A stretch of DNA of 64,000 bases from Candidatus Omnitrophota bacterium. Lineage in GTDB: Bacteria > Omnitrophota > Gorgyraeia > Gygaellales > Profunditerraquicolaceae. Shown piece by piece: positions 37,924 through 48,182 of the stretch. Position 1 is the stretch's first letter. Each line of letters starts with the position of its first letter. Position numbers and translations under genes: made by a program. The notes below the pieces were generated by a model that worked only from the letters and a program-made list of their open reading frames with translations, did no database searches and was not told the origin of the DNA. The DNA lies in the NCBI GenBank assembly GCA_030650425.1, contig JAUSED010000005.1, positions 270,932 through 334,931 on the forward strand, read 5' to 3'.

Positions 37924-38856
37924 ATGATCGAAGTAAAGAATCTTTCAATGTATTATGGAGTAATTCCGGCTCTCCAAGATGTTTCTTTTGAGGCCAAAGA
38001 GGGCGAAATCGTGGGTTTGCTTGGCCCCAACGGCGCGGGCAAAACCACCTTGATGCGCGTCCTCACCACTTTTTTTTATCCCACTAAAGGCACAGCCACT
38101 ATCAACGGTATCGATATCACGCAAGACCCGCTAAGCGTAAGAGAGATTATCGGTTATCTTCCGGAGACACCGCCTCTTTATATGGATATGCGCGTGGATG
38201 AATATATCCATTTTGTCGGTTTAAGCCGCGGCCTTTCCGGGCAAAAACTAAAAGCAAGAATCGATTGGGTAATTGAGGCCACCAAAATAGACAGCGTCTG
38301 GAAGCATATGAACGCGGAACTCTCTTTAGGCTACCGGCAAAGAGTGGGGCTGGCACAGGCCTTAATCCATGACCCAAAGGTAGTTATTTTGGATGAACCG
38401 ACCAGCGGCCTTGATCCGATGCAGATTATCCTGATGCGTAAGTTGATTAAGGATCTGGCTGTCGAGAAAACCGTGATATTTTCTACGCATATTTTGCAGG
38501 AGGCATCCAGCGTTGCCGGCCGCCTGGTAATCATCGACCGCGGCAGAATCATTGCCAATTCCACCATTCCGGAGCTAAAGAAAGAAAAAACCAGTATCCC
38601 TTCTTTTTTTGTGACGATACAGGGGCAAAAAGAAGAGGTGGAAAAGTCTCTCAGGCTGATTTCTTCCATCAAAGAAGTAAATTTTATCGATGCCTCGGGT
38701 TCCGGCGCGAGATTTTTGTGTTCGGTAAATTTCCTTAACGAGGCAATTAAAGCGGTGAATGCTTTTGCGCGAGAAAAGGGATGGCTGATAGTCGAGCTTA
38801 CGGTTCAGGAACCGACCTTGGAAGAAGTTTTTTTGAGCCTTTTCAATAGACCATGA
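37924..38856 (+). CDS. ABC transporter ATP-binding protein (GldA-like).
   Basis: 310 aa. Walker A GPNGAGKTT. LSLGYRQRVGLA signature. Walker B ILDEPTSGLD. Confidence 0.8.
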   Translation: MIEVKNLSMYYGVIPALQDVSFEAKEGEIVGLLGPNGAGKTTLMRVLTTFFYPTKGTATINGIDITQDPLSVREIIGYLPETPPLYMDMRVDEYIHFVGLSRGLSGQKLKARIDWVIEATKIDSVWKHMNAELSLGYRQRVGLAQALIHDPKVVILDEPTSGLDPMQIILMRKLIKDLAVEKTVIFSTHILQEASSVAGRLVIIDRGRIIANSTIPELKKEKTSIPSFFVTIQGQKEEVEKSLRLISSIKEVNFIDASGSGARFLCSVNFLNEAIKAVNAFAREKGWLIVELTVQEPTLEEVFLSLFNRP

Positions 38857-41297
38857 AGATAAAAAATATCATTACCGTTTTTCGGCGGGAGCTAGGCGGT
38901 TATTTTAATTCGGCAATCGCCTATATCTATTTGATCGGTTTTATCGCCATTAACAACGGTTTATTTATGACGCAATTCTTCCTCGCCGGCCGCGTGGATA
39001 TGGGCCCATTTTTTGGCCTCTTACCGTTTATTCTGCTGATTTTTATCCCGGTGATCACGATGCGCCTGTGGGCAGAGGATAAGAAGGAGAATACCTTTGA
39101 GTTGTTGATGACCTTTCCGATGCGGCCCGCGGAGTTGGTCTTGGGCAAGTTTCTGGCCAGCCTGCTTTTTTATTTCATCTCGCTAGTCAGCACATTCGGC
39201 ATTCCGCTGGTTATGCTTCTATCCGGCCGGCCGGATATAGGTATGATTATTTCCGGTTATATCGGCGCTTTACTTATCGGCGCCTTCTTTATGTCCATCG
39301 GGATATTTATTTCAGGTTTAACCAAAGAGCAGATTATCGCCTTTGTCTTAACCTCCTTAACTTGTTTTCTCTTCGTCTTGTTGGGTATAGATTTCTTTAG
39401 CGGTTTTGTTGACGGTTGGATTCCCGGATTGGGCAGTTTTCTGGAGAATTACGTGGGCGCCCTGACGCATCTGGTAAGTTTCAACCGGGGTGTCATCGAT
39501 ATTAAAGATATATTATATTTTGTGGCAATGAGCGCGGTTTTTCTCCTGCTCAACGGATTCTCCTTTGAAGGCCGGCTGCGGCCAAAAGCAAAATTTATTT
39601 TTGGTTCGTCAATAGCTGTATGCCTGGCAGGGGTAATTTTATTTAACTGGCTGGCGCATGATTTAGCGCTCGGCCGGTTTGATATTACGGAAAATAAAAT
39701 CTACACGGTCTGCGCCGCCTCCAGGAAAATTTTGGCTAACCTTAAAGGCCCGGTCCAGATAAAAGTTTACATTACCCCCTCAGATAAGATGCCTACTGCT
39801 TTTAAAAGTATGGAGCAGGATATCACCGCTAAACTGGATGAATTACGCATTGCCTCTAAAAACAAACTGCGCTTTAAGGTTTTTTACATCGAGGCGGCTA
39901 ACTTGATTGAGGCGAATAAACGACAAAACTCGCAAGTTCAAGGGGTGGAGCCGGCGGTTAATTCTTTGGAAAAGACTCTTCAGGGTAAAGGTATCGTTCC
40001 TTTTCAGGTTGAGAGCATAGACAGGGACGCCGTCGGTTTAAGACTGATTTATTCCGCGATCACCGTAAGCTATATGGATAAGAATGAAGAGGTGCTTCCG
40101 CGCGTATTCCCGCAGAACATCCCGGATCTGGAATATGTGCTTATTTCAAGGATCGTTAAGCTTTCGCTTGAGGCGCGGCCCCGGATCGCCCTGTTTTCTC
40201 CTTCTAGAACAACTGAAATGCATCCCGGAGCAGATAGTTATCAGGCCTTGGGTACGCTCATCAAAAATAACGGTTATGATTTTGAGCGGATCGCTTTAAC
40301 ACAGTCCAGCCCTATACCTGAGGGAACCAATACGCTGCTGGTAATCAACCCGGGTAATTTAGGCGACCGGCAGCTTTATGAGATCAATAAATTCTTGTAT
40401 CAGGGGGGATCGGTTTTAATCGCGGCTCAGGGGTTTGATTATCTATTCCAGATGGCTGCCCCCCAAGGTATGGATGTTTCTCCTAATAAGCTCAGTCTGG
40501 ACGTCAATAGGCTTATCCAAAAATGGGGGATAGGCATCAATGACAAGATGCTTATGGGTGAAGATAACCAGATCATTAACCTTTCCGTTCAACAGGGCAT
40601 AGGCCCGTTCGGCTTAACTGTGCCCATTAAGCTGCCTAATCAAATAGTCGTACGGCAGCAGTTTTTTAACGATAAGGCTTCGCTAATGAACCGGCTCTCC
40701 GCGATATTTTATCTCTGGGGTTCAGCGCTGGATATCTCCGATACCGTCATTAATCAGTCTCAGCTTAAAAAAACACTATTATTCACTTCCAGCCCCAAGA
40801 GCTGGCAGGTGCCCTTTGAGAGTGGAATTATAAAAAGTGAATCCTTTGTTTTTCCTCAAACAGGTTCTCCCGGAAAATTCCCTCTAGGGGTAATGCTTCA
40901 AGGCCAGTTTAGCAATACCTTTGCCGGCGCGAATGTGCCGGGTTGGCCCGATCTAGCTGGAGAAAATAAAGCTGAGGCAAAATTAGAGCCAAAACCGGGA
41001 AAACTTATTCTTATCGGCTGCGCCAAGATGTTTAGCGATCAGTTGATTACCGGCTCCGGAAATTTAAGTTTATTCGCGAATATCGTGGATAGCTCTACCT
41101 TGGGGGACGACCTTATCCAGATACGCTCCAAGGCTTTTCTGAACCGCGACCTCAAAAAATTGACCGATGCCCAAAAGATCTGGTATAGATTTCTTGCTGT
41201 CGCCGGTATTCCGCTTATCTGGGCAATCTTTGCCTACGCCAGGATTATGTTCCGCAAAAAAGAAAAAGCATTTTATCTGGCGGCGAGAGGACAGTAA
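38853..41297 (+). CDS. Fusion of an ABC-2 permease (GldF-like) and a GldG-like ABC_transp_aux domain.
   Basis: 814 aa. The N-terminal roughly 240 aa form a 6-TM ABC-2 permease. The large periplasmic GldG-like domain ends in a C-terminal TM anchor. Confidence 0.6.
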   Translation: MKIKNIITVFRRELGGYFNSAIAYIYLIGFIAINNGLFMTQFFLAGRVDMGPFFGLLPFILLIFIPVITMRLWAEDKKENTFELLMTFPMRPAELVLGKFLASLLFYFISLVSTFGIPLVMLLSGRPDIGMIISGYIGALLIGAFFMSIGIFISGLTKEQIIAFVLTSLTCFLFVLLGIDFFSGFVDGWIPGLGSFLENYVGALTHLVSFNRGVIDIKDILYFVAMSAVFLLLNGFSFEGRLRPKAKFIFGSSIAVCLAGVILFNWLAHDLALGRFDITENKIYTVCAASRKILANLKGPVQIKVYITPSDKMPTAFKSMEQDITAKLDELRIASKNKLRFKVFYIEAANLIEANKRQNSQVQGVEPAVNSLEKTLQGKGIVPFQVESIDRDAVGLRLIYSAITVSYMDKNEEVLPRVFPQNIPDLEYVLISRIVKLSLEARPRIALFSPSRTTEMHPGADSYQALGTLIKNNGYDFERIALTQSSPIPEGTNTLLVINPGNLGDRQLYEINKFLYQGGSVLIAAQGFDYLFQMAAPQGMDVSPNKLSLDVNRLIQKWGIGINDKMLMGEDNQIINLSVQQGIGPFGLTVPIKLPNQIVVRQQFFNDKASLMNRLSAIFYLWGSALDISDTVINQSQLKKTLLFTSSPKSWQVPFESGIIKSESFVFPQTGSPGKFPLGVMLQGQFSNTFAGANVPGWPDLAGENKAEAKLEPKPGKLILIGCAKMFSDQLITGSGNLSLFANIVDSSTLGDDLIQIRSKAFLNRDLKKLTDAQKIWYRFLAVAGIPLIWAIFAYARIMFRKKEKAFYLAARGQ

Positions 41298-41312
41298 GGA
41301 ACAATAAAGAAA

Positions 41313-42320
41313 ATGAAACTTAAAAAACTTCTTATACTCTCCGGTATTGTCTTTGTTTTACTGCTGGTTGTTTATATTAAGAATGTGGCTCATAAGGTTC
41401 AGGTTGCCAAGAGCCAGCGAGAGGAGCAGGCAATTATCTTGATCAAGGATGAGCCGAATATCTTTTCCACCAAAATTGTAATTTATGTGGGAGATAACGA
41501 GAAGGATAAGATTACTCTCGTAAAGCAAAATAATGGAGAGTGGGTTGTAGAAAATAAATTTGGCGTAAAGGCTAGAAAAGATGTGGTAGACGGTATTTTA
41601 AACAGCCTTAAAGGTTTAAAAGGGGAAGTGCGGGGAGACTCCAAAAGCGTATTCAGTGATTTCCAGATACTTGATACTCAGGGGGCGCATCTGATTCTAA
41701 AAGGCGCCCAAGATAAAACGCTTACGCACTTAGTCATAAGTTTCAAGAAACCAAATTTTAACCAGAATTTTGTCAGGCTCTCTGACGGAGAGAATATTGT
41801 TTTGACAGACCGGAATATTTTATCTATGCTCGGGCTTTTTGACAAGAGAGCAAAGCCCAATGCTAACTATTTTAGCGATTATAAAGTTTTTTCTTTTGAC
41901 CCTAATGCTGTGGTAAGAATAGAATTAAAGCCTGCTAAAAAGCGCTCTTTGGTTCTATCTAAGGCAGGAGGCTCGGTTAACCTTTGGGAATTTGAGCCGC
42001 GGAGCCCAAGGCTTAAGCCTGATTTGTCTAAGATCGATGAGTTCCTGAAAAACATTTTGGGATTTCAGGCATTGGATAGCCTGGACCCCAAGCTTGCCAA
42101 GTATGGCTTTGACAAGCCTTTGATGGAGTTAAAGCTTAGCCTGCTTAAGGATAAAAAAGCCGAAGAGATTCAGGTGACCATTGGTTCTTTTATCAAAGAT
42201 AAGAACGCTTATTATGCAAGGATTATGCCCAAGAATCAGGTTTTGATTATCCCGGATTACTTGATTAAAAACATTAACCGCGATAAGTCTTATTTTTTAA
42301 AGAAAAAAGAGAAAAAATAG
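41313..42320 (+). CDS. DUF4340-like secreted protein, the usual neighbour of GldG-type ABC systems.
   Basis: 335 aa. N-terminal anchor. Genomic context. The family assignment is from memory of the architecture. Confidence 0.4.
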   Translation: MKLKKLLILSGIVFVLLLVVYIKNVAHKVQVAKSQREEQAIILIKDEPNIFSTKIVIYVGDNEKDKITLVKQNNGEWVVENKFGVKARKDVVDGILNSLKGLKGEVRGDSKSVFSDFQILDTQGAHLILKGAQDKTLTHLVISFKKPNFNQNFVRLSDGENIVLTDRNILSMLGLFDKRAKPNANYFSDYKVFSFDPNAVVRIELKPAKKRSLVLSKAGGSVNLWEFEPRSPRLKPDLSKIDEFLKNILGFQALDSLDPKLAKYGFDKPLMELKLSLLKDKKAEEIQVTIGSFIKDKNAYYARIMPKNQVLIIPDYLIKNINRDKSYFLKKKEKK

Positions 42321-42325
42321 AACCG

Positions 42326-42353
42326 TGTAGGCACCACTTAAGTGGTGCCTACA
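42326..42353. repeat. Perfect 28-bp palindrome TGTAGGCACCACTT|AAGTGGTGCCTACA.
   Basis: Seen directly, 6 nt after the stop of the DUF4340-like gene. No loop and no T-tract. Confidence 0.8.
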
Positions 42354-42384
42354 GAAAGAGAAACGCTAGAATTATAAAAAAGAA

Positions 42385-42723
42385 GTGATGAATAAAACAA
42401 GCTTAATTGTCTTCCTTTTGGTCCTATTATCAATTTCTCCCGTTTTCGCGTTTGATGAGGCCGGAGGGACCGTTTCTGGTATAGTAACGGATGTTGATTG
42501 GGTAAGTTCTTCATTGACCGTGCGTTATAGTGATCCCTACACGCGCAATGCGGATGAGATTACTGTCAGAGTTTCGAAGGAGGCAACTATAAACAGGGGG
42601 ACAAAATCAATATCGTTCTCTGACATCAGGCAGTCTGATAGGATAGTGGTTATTTATTATAGCGATGATTTAAGCGGCTTTAAGGCCAGACGGATTTCCG
42701 ATTTGAATCAGGGGAATAGATAG
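42385..42723 (+). CDS. Hypothetical secreted protein.
   Basis: 112 aa. Signal peptide. No recognisable family. Confidence 0.4.
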   Translation: MMNKTSLIVFLLVLLSISPVFAFDEAGGTVSGIVTDVDWVSSSLTVRYSDPYTRNADEITVRVSKEATINRGTKSISFSDIRQSDRIVVIYYSDDLSGFKARRISDLNQGNR

Positions 42724-42784
42724 GCTTATAAATCTCCTATCATTTGTGTAATAAAGTGGTATAATTTTAGAAAAGGAGGAGGGC

Positions 42785-43099
42785 ATGATAAAGAAAGAGA
42801 ACATCATTATCGGGATAGGCTTAGTAATTTTGATTATCTGTGCCGGGGTTACCTATCAAAATTATGCGTATGCAAAGCTGGCGAAAAAACAAATTGACAC
42901 ATTGAATGCCACCATTCAACAGCAAAGTACCGAGATAGTTAAGCTTGTTAAAGAAGTAAAGACAAAGCAAGCTGAATTGAATAGTGTTAGCGCAGAGCTT
43001 GTAACTACCAAGAGAGCATTGAATGAGGTTAGCACCCCAGGCAAAAAGACTGCTCCACAACCTCCTGTAAAAGCAGCGCCTAAAGCGGAGAAAAAATAA
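42785..43099 (+). CDS. Hypothetical membrane-anchored coiled-coil protein with an Ala/Pro/Lys-rich tail.
   Basis: 104 aa. N-terminal TM. Heptad-like centre. PQPPVKAAPKAEKK tail. Confidence 0.4.
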   Translation: MIKKENIIIGIGLVILIICAGVTYQNYAYAKLAKKQIDTLNATIQQQSTEIVKLVKEVKTKQAELNSVSAELVTTKRALNEVSTPGKKTAPQPPVKAAPKAEKK

Positions 43100-43307
43100 A
43101 ATCCATCTTGCAGGTTACTCCGTTTTAGACCTTGTCTATGTAGGTAGGGGAGCTTTAAACCTCCCCTACCGATAAAAGTAAAGAAAGAATTCCGCCTTGC
43201 AAATCATCTTGTTTTAAGTTAAAATAATATTTCGAAATTGGAAAATGAGTAATAAATTCGGGCCATTAGGCAATTGGCGTAAGAGTCAAGAGCGGAAATC
43301 TTAAACT

Positions 43308-44075
43308 ATGAAGAATTGGGAGAAGAAAGAGTTTGTCAGAGATCTAAGAAAACAGGGCTTGAGTTATAAAGAGCTAAGACAGAGAACGCCGTTTATAATT
43401 GCAAAGAGTACCGTAAGCGATTGGTGTAAAGATATTGAGCTAACCGAGCCGCAGAAGGATAGGTTGCAACAACTCTTTAAGGAAGGGAGTTATCGAGGCA
43501 GGCTGCTTGCCTCGAAGACAACGCAGGCAAGGAGAGCTATCGAAGTCAGGGAAATTAAAGCAAAGGCAAGATTAGAAATTAATTCGTTGACGCAAAATGA
43601 ATTCAAAATAGCGGGATTAATGTTATATTGGGCGGAAGGGAACAAAAAAAATCATGTAGGTGTCTGTAATTCCGACCCAGAACTCAGACGTCTTATGATG
43701 AAATGGTTTAGAGAAGTTTGTGGTGTTCCCGATAAGAAGTTCAAGCTGTATCTTAATATTCATTCCGGTCAAGATGAGACCAAGATGAAAGGATTTTGGT
43801 CGTATATAACAGATCTTCCCGTATCGCAATTTGGCAAAAGCTATGTTAAAAAAGAAGGTACAGGATATCGCAAAAATATATTGTATAATGGAACAATAAA
43901 GGTTGAAGTTTGTAATAAGAATCTTTTATATAAGATACTTGGTTGGATTGAAGGAGTAATTAGCAATAATGGGCCATTAGCAGCTCATCCTCCTGCGGAG
44001 GATTTCGCTAATGGATTGAAAAGAAACCTAAATTTTTGGGCCATTAGCTCATTTGGTAGAGCATCTGCCTCTTAA
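43308..44075 (+). CDS. Hypothetical protein with an N-terminal HTH and a LAGLIDADG-like segment. It may be a homing-endonuclease-like cassette.
   Basis: 255 aa. …GLSYKELRQRTPFIIAKSTVSDWCK… is HTH-like. EFKIAGLMLYWAEGNKK resembles LAGLIDADG motif 2 (LAYWFMDDGGK in I-SceI). The 3' end reads 38 nt into tRNA-Lys. Flanked by GGGCCATTAG direct repeats. Confidence 0.3.
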   Translation: MKNWEKKEFVRDLRKQGLSYKELRQRTPFIIAKSTVSDWCKDIELTEPQKDRLQQLFKEGSYRGRLLASKTTQARRAIEVREIKAKARLEINSLTQNEFKIAGLMLYWAEGNKKNHVGVCNSDPELRRLMMKWFREVCGVPDKKFKLYLNIHSGQDETKMKGFWSYITDLPVSQFGKSYVKKEGTGYRKNILYNGTIKVEVCNKNLLYKILGWIEGVISNNGPLAAHPPAEDFANGLKRNLNFWAISSFGRASAS

Positions 44076-44110
44076 GCAGGTGGTGGCAGGTCCGAATCCT
44101 GCATGGCCCA
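44038..44110 (+). tRNA. tRNA-Lys (anticodon CUU).
   Basis: Acceptor GGGCCAT/ATGGCCC. D-arm GCTC/GAGC. Anticodon stem TCTGC/GCAGG with loop CUCUUAA. T-arm GCAGG-TCCGAAT-CCTGC. Confidence 0.8.
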
Positions 44111-44173
44111 CTAAATTTGAAAGCGATACTACCCGCCGGCAAACAATGCTTCATCTTTCACATTAATACGCGC

Positions 44174-44596
44174 GTGAAAAATAAATCTTATGAAATTTTT
44201 GAGCATACCGCGGATATCGGCGTCCGGGTTAAAGGAAAAGACCTGCAAGATTTATTTAAGAATGCCGGGCTCGCCATATTCCAAATTTCCTCTCGCAAGC
44301 AGTTCACCAGAAACAAAGCTCACGCCGATATACCCATAAAGCTAAGCGCGAATAATTTAGAAGAACTTTTCGTCAATTGGCTGAATGAATTATTGTCTTT
44401 ATCTTCGGCTAAAGGGCTAATCTTCCATAACATCAAGATTAATAAATTAGAGGATAACGCGCTGGAAGCCCTTGCCATAGGGAGTGATATTAATAATTAT
44501 AAGGTGAATACTGAAATTAAGGCCGCAACCTTTCATGAGTTAAAAATTACGCAAAATGAAGCTGATTGGCAGGCAGAGGTAATTTTAGATGTCTGA
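44174..44596 (+). CDS. Archease.
   Basis: …SYEIFEHTADIGVRVKG… is the archease N-terminal signature. A GTG at 44174 is the likely start. The track's ATG at 44117 would add 19 unlikely residues right after the tRNA. Confidence 0.75.
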   Translation: MKNKSYEIFEHTADIGVRVKGKDLQDLFKNAGLAIFQISSRKQFTRNKAHADIPIKLSANNLEELFVNWLNELLSLSSAKGLIFHNIKINKLEDNALEALAIGSDINNYKVNTEIKAATFHELKITQNEADWQAEVILDV

Positions 44597-46037
44597 GATT
44601 AATTTAGAGAAAATTGATGATTACAGGTGGCGTATACCGAAGTCTTATAAACCCGGGATGCGCGTCCCGGGGATTATCTATGCCGACGAGAAGCTGTTAA
44701 AAGATATCCGTCAGGATAAGGCAATGGAGCAGGTGGCTAATGTCGCCTTCTTGCCGGGAATTGTAAAGGCTTCACTTGCTATGCCGGATATTCACTGGGG
44801 TTATGGGCCATGCATAGGGGCAGTGTTTGCTACGGATCCGGAAGAGGGTGGAGTTATTACGCCTGGAGGAGTTGGTTTCGACATAAATTGCGGAGTTAGG
44901 CTATTAAAAACTAACCTGCAGTATGAAGATATGAAAGATAAATTAAAAGAACTGACTTACGCTTTATTTTCGGATGTGCCTTCGGGCGTTGGCTCAAAAG
45001 GCGATATCAGGGTTAGCGCCAAAGAAGAAAAAGAGATTCTGGTTAAGGGCAGCCAATGGGCGGTGGAAAAAGGTTACGGAACACAGGAGGATTTGGATTG
45101 TACTGAAGAAAACGGAGCGATCCAAGGAGCAGACCCGCAGGCAGTTTCTGAGCGGGCTTATGAAAGAGGTAAGGCCCAATCCGGGACATTAGGAAGCGGG
45201 AATCATTTTTTAGAGGTTCAGGTGATTGATCAACTTTATGACCGTGATGCCTGCGACGAACTCAATCTCAATTTAGGGCAGGTAATGGTGATGATTCATT
45301 CCGGCTCGCGCGGATTTGGCTATCAGGTTTGCGAGGATTATACCCGGAATATGGTGCATTGCCTTGCTAAATATAATATTAACGTTCCCGATCGCCAACT
45401 AGCCAGCGCGCCGGTTAATTCGCCGGAGGGGAAGAATTATCTTGGGGCGATGAAATGCGCGGCTAATTACGCTTGGGCTAACCGGCAGTGCCTGATGCAT
45501 TTAACGCGGATGGCCTTTGAAAGAATATTTAATCGTTCGTGGCAGAAACTGGGGATGTTTTTGATTTACGACGTGGCACACAATATTGCCAAAATCGAAA
45601 AGCATATGTTAGATGGAAAAGAAAAAACTCTCTGCGTGCATCGTAAAGGCGCGACCCGAGCTTTGCCTCCGGGCCATCCAGCCCTGCCGCAAAGATATAG
45701 AAAACTAGGCCAACCCGTAATTATTCCGGGAGATATGGGTAGGAATTCGTATTTGCTTGTCGGACAGGAGGGAGCGGCGGAAACCTTTTATTCTGCCTGT
45801 CATGGCGCGGGGCGCCTAAAATCGCGCACTGCCTCAGCCCGTTCGGTTAATCTAGATAGTTTATTGAAAGAATTGGAATCTCGGGGTATAATAGTAAAAG
45901 CCTCGGGCCGCTCTACGATTGTGGAAGAAGCGCCGCAGGCTTATAAGGATGTTAATCAGGTGGTTGATGTCGTGCATAACGCCGGGCTGGCCAAGCGCGT
46001 TTGCAGGATGAGGCCTGTAGGTGTAATTAAAGGATAG
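44589..46037 (+). CDS. rtcB: RNA-splicing ligase RtcB.
   Basis: 482 aa. GVGFDINCGVR, …HSGSRGFG…, and the C-terminal …HNAGR… catalytic motifs. Confidence 0.9.
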   Translation: MSEINLEKIDDYRWRIPKSYKPGMRVPGIIYADEKLLKDIRQDKAMEQVANVAFLPGIVKASLAMPDIHWGYGPCIGAVFATDPEEGGVITPGGVGFDINCGVRLLKTNLQYEDMKDKLKELTYALFSDVPSGVGSKGDIRVSAKEEKEILVKGSQWAVEKGYGTQEDLDCTEENGAIQGADPQAVSERAYERGKAQSGTLGSGNHFLEVQVIDQLYDRDACDELNLNLGQVMVMIHSGSRGFGYQVCEDYTRNMVHCLAKYNINVPDRQLASAPVNSPEGKNYLGAMKCAANYAWANRQCLMHLTRMAFERIFNRSWQKLGMFLIYDVAHNIAKIEKHMLDGKEKTLCVHRKGATRALPPGHPALPQRYRKLGQPVIIPGDMGRNSYLLVGQEGAAETFYSACHGAGRLKSRTASARSVNLDSLLKELESRGIIVKASGRSTIVEEAPQAYKDVNQVVDVVHNAGLAKRVCRMRPVGVIKG

Positions 46038-46052
46038 TTCCACAAGCCACAC

Positions 46053-46103
46053 GGGACATTTTCCGTCAAAGCTATCAGAAACGGCTTAAAGGAAAGTGTC
46101 CCG
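46053..46103. repeat. GGGACATTTTCCGTCAAAGCTATCAG…GGAAAGTGTCCCG element (GGGGACA family, TTTCCGTCARAGCTAT core).
   Basis: Seen directly. Lies between rtcB and serS. Confidence 0.8.
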
Positions 46104-46143
46104 ACACGCAGTGAAGGCTTGGTAGGCGCAAGAGGATTAAAAT

Positions 46144-47412
46144 ATGTTAGATCTAAAATTTATCAGGGAAAACGCGGAGTTAGTCAGCACCGCGCTTAAA
46201 AATCGTAATCTAAAGTTAGATTTGGATAGCGTCATTAAGCTTGATGATGATCGGCGCGATGTTTTAAGCAAGCTGGAAGTGCTAAGAGCCAAGCGTAACA
46301 AAGCCAATGACGAAATCAGCTCTTTATTAAAAGAAAAGAAAGACGCCAAAGAAAAGATTAATTCCATGAAGGCTGTTTCTGGCGAAATAAGCCAGTTTGA
46401 AGGGCAGATAAAGGAACTAGAGGCACAACTCGATAAAATTTTATTGACTATTCCCAATATTCCGCATTCCTCTATTCCTGTCGGCGATCCAACTAAGAAT
46501 ACGATTGTGCGTACTTGGGGCGATCCTCGGAAGTTTAGTTTTAAGCCGCAAACCCATATTGACCTTGCCCAAAACTTAGATATTATTGATTTTAACCGCG
46601 CTGCCAAAATCACCGGTTCAAATTTCATCCTTTATAAAGGTTTAGGCGCTAGGTTAGAACGGGCTTTAATTAATTTTATGTTGGATTTACATACTCAAAA
46701 GCATGGTTACACCGAAGTTTTTCCGCCGTTTTTGGTGAATCGAGCCTCGATGCTCGGCACTGGCCAGCTGCCGAAATTAGAAGAGGATATGTATAAGCTC
46801 AAAGATGATGATTTATTTTTAATCCCTACTGCCGAGGTTCCGGTAACTAATATTTTCCGCGACGAAATCTTGGATGAAGAGAAGCTGCCCATTTATTATA
46901 CCGCCTATACCGCTTGTTTCAGGAGAGAGGCAGGGACTTATGGTAAAGATACCCGCGGCCTGATTCGCGTGCACCAGTTTGATAAGGTAGAGATGGTTAA
47001 GTTTGTTAAGCCTGAAACTTCTTATGATGAATTGGAGAAATTAGTTAAGGATGCCGAAGAAGTCTTACAGCTTTTAGAACTTCCTTACCGCGTTTTGATG
47101 TTAGCGACACAAGATTTAAGTTTTGCCGCCAGCAAGTGTTATGACTTGGAGGCGTACGCTCCGGGTTTAGATAGGTGGCTGGAGGTTTCCAGCTGCAGTA
47201 ACTTTGAGAGCTTTCAGGCCCGGAGGGCAAATATAAGATTTAGGAAGAAAGAGGAGAAGAAATTGGAGTTTGCGCATACCTTAAACGGCTCAGGCATAGC
47301 TTTGGCGCGCACAGTGGCGGCGATATTGGAAAATTACCAACAGGAAGACGGCACGATTTTAGTGCCTAAAGTTCTAAGGGGGTATGTAGATGGAAAAGAA
47401 AGAATTTCCTAA
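46144..47412 (+). CDS. serS: Seryl-tRNA synthetase.
   Basis: 422 aa. N-terminal coiled-coil arm plus class II motifs (…FRREAG…, …GSGIALAR…). Confidence 0.9.
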   Translation: MLDLKFIRENAELVSTALKNRNLKLDLDSVIKLDDDRRDVLSKLEVLRAKRNKANDEISSLLKEKKDAKEKINSMKAVSGEISQFEGQIKELEAQLDKILLTIPNIPHSSIPVGDPTKNTIVRTWGDPRKFSFKPQTHIDLAQNLDIIDFNRAAKITGSNFILYKGLGARLERALINFMLDLHTQKHGYTEVFPPFLVNRASMLGTGQLPKLEEDMYKLKDDDLFLIPTAEVPVTNIFRDEILDEEKLPIYYTAYTACFRREAGTYGKDTRGLIRVHQFDKVEMVKFVKPETSYDELEKLVKDAEEVLQLLELPYRVLMLATQDLSFAASKCYDLEAYAPGLDRWLEVSSCSNFESFQARRANIRFRKKEEKKLEFAHTLNGSGIALARTVAAILENYQQEDGTILVPKVLRGYVDGKERIS

Positions 47413-48094
47413 GAAATGGGTTGAACCAAAGATTAGGCCTATGCCAAGAGGAGGGGAACCCAAGGCTCCGGCTAAGCCGAGTCAAATCTCCAATAAAGTT
47501 TTTGACATTATCAAACTTATCCTCGGGATCTGCTTATTGCCTTTTGTTTATTCCTTCTCGGCAGCTTTCTTTAACCAGATCGTTTATATCGATATCTCCC
47601 TGCAGCATTATTTCTGGGCCGGGGTAATCACGCTTGTCTTGATCTACTTATTCATTTGGGAGCCGACAGTGGTTTATGAGCGGGGGCATAGGCTGGTAGA
47701 GATAATTTTTAGTTTTTTTCAGCCTTTAGTCAAATTCGCGCCGTATCTATTACCTGTCTACACCATTGTTTTATTTATTCTCTACCTTTTCCTGTGTATT
47801 TTTATTCAGGATAAATGGCTTACTGAATGGGCGATGTTTTTATTCGGTTTAAGCATCGCGTTGCATCTAATATTCGCGGCCCAATCCATTCGTTCTAAGA
47901 AGGGCGGCCTGCTTAAAAGCAATTATATCTTCGGATTTTCTTTTATGTATATTATCAGCCTTGGGTTGGTCGCGCTCTTCCTAAATTTTATATTCAAGGA
48001 ATTTTCTTTCATTAATTTTTCCAATAACGCGTATTCCATAGCTAGTTCAATCTTTCCGGCTGTTTTTTCCCAGCTTTTTATGGTTAAATCCTAA
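47390..48094 (+). CDS. Hypothetical polytopic membrane protein.
   Basis: 234 aa. About 6 predicted TM segments. No family recognised. Overlaps the serS end by 23 nt. Confidence 0.4.
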   Translation: MEKKEFPKKWVEPKIRPMPRGGEPKAPAKPSQISNKVFDIIKLILGICLLPFVYSFSAAFFNQIVYIDISLQHYFWAGVITLVLIYLFIWEPTVVYERGHRLVEIIFSFFQPLVKFAPYLLPVYTIVLFILYLFLCIFIQDKWLTEWAMFLFGLSIALHLIFAAQSIRSKKGGLLKSNYIFGFSFMYIISLGLVALFLNFIFKEFSFINFSNNAYSIASSIFPAVFSQLFMVKS

Positions 48095-48095
48095 G

Positions 48096-48182
48096 GGAGG
48101 AGTGTCGGAGTGGTCGATCGAGACTGCCTTGAAAGCAGTTGAGGCCGTAAGGCTTCCGAAGGTTCGAATCCTTCCTCCTCCG
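48096..48182 (+). tRNA. tRNA-Ser (anticodon UGA).
   Basis: Acceptor GGAGGAG/CTCCTCC. Anticodon stem ACTGC/GCAGT with loop CUUGAAA. Long variable arm. T-arm GAAGG-TTCGAAT-CCTTC. Confidence 0.8.

Noticed and set aside
44117-44173. The ATG start at 44117 for archease.
   Set aside because: It would begin 7 nt after tRNA-Lys and add 19 residues not found in archeases. The GTG at 44174 gives the canonical …SYEIFEHTADIG start.
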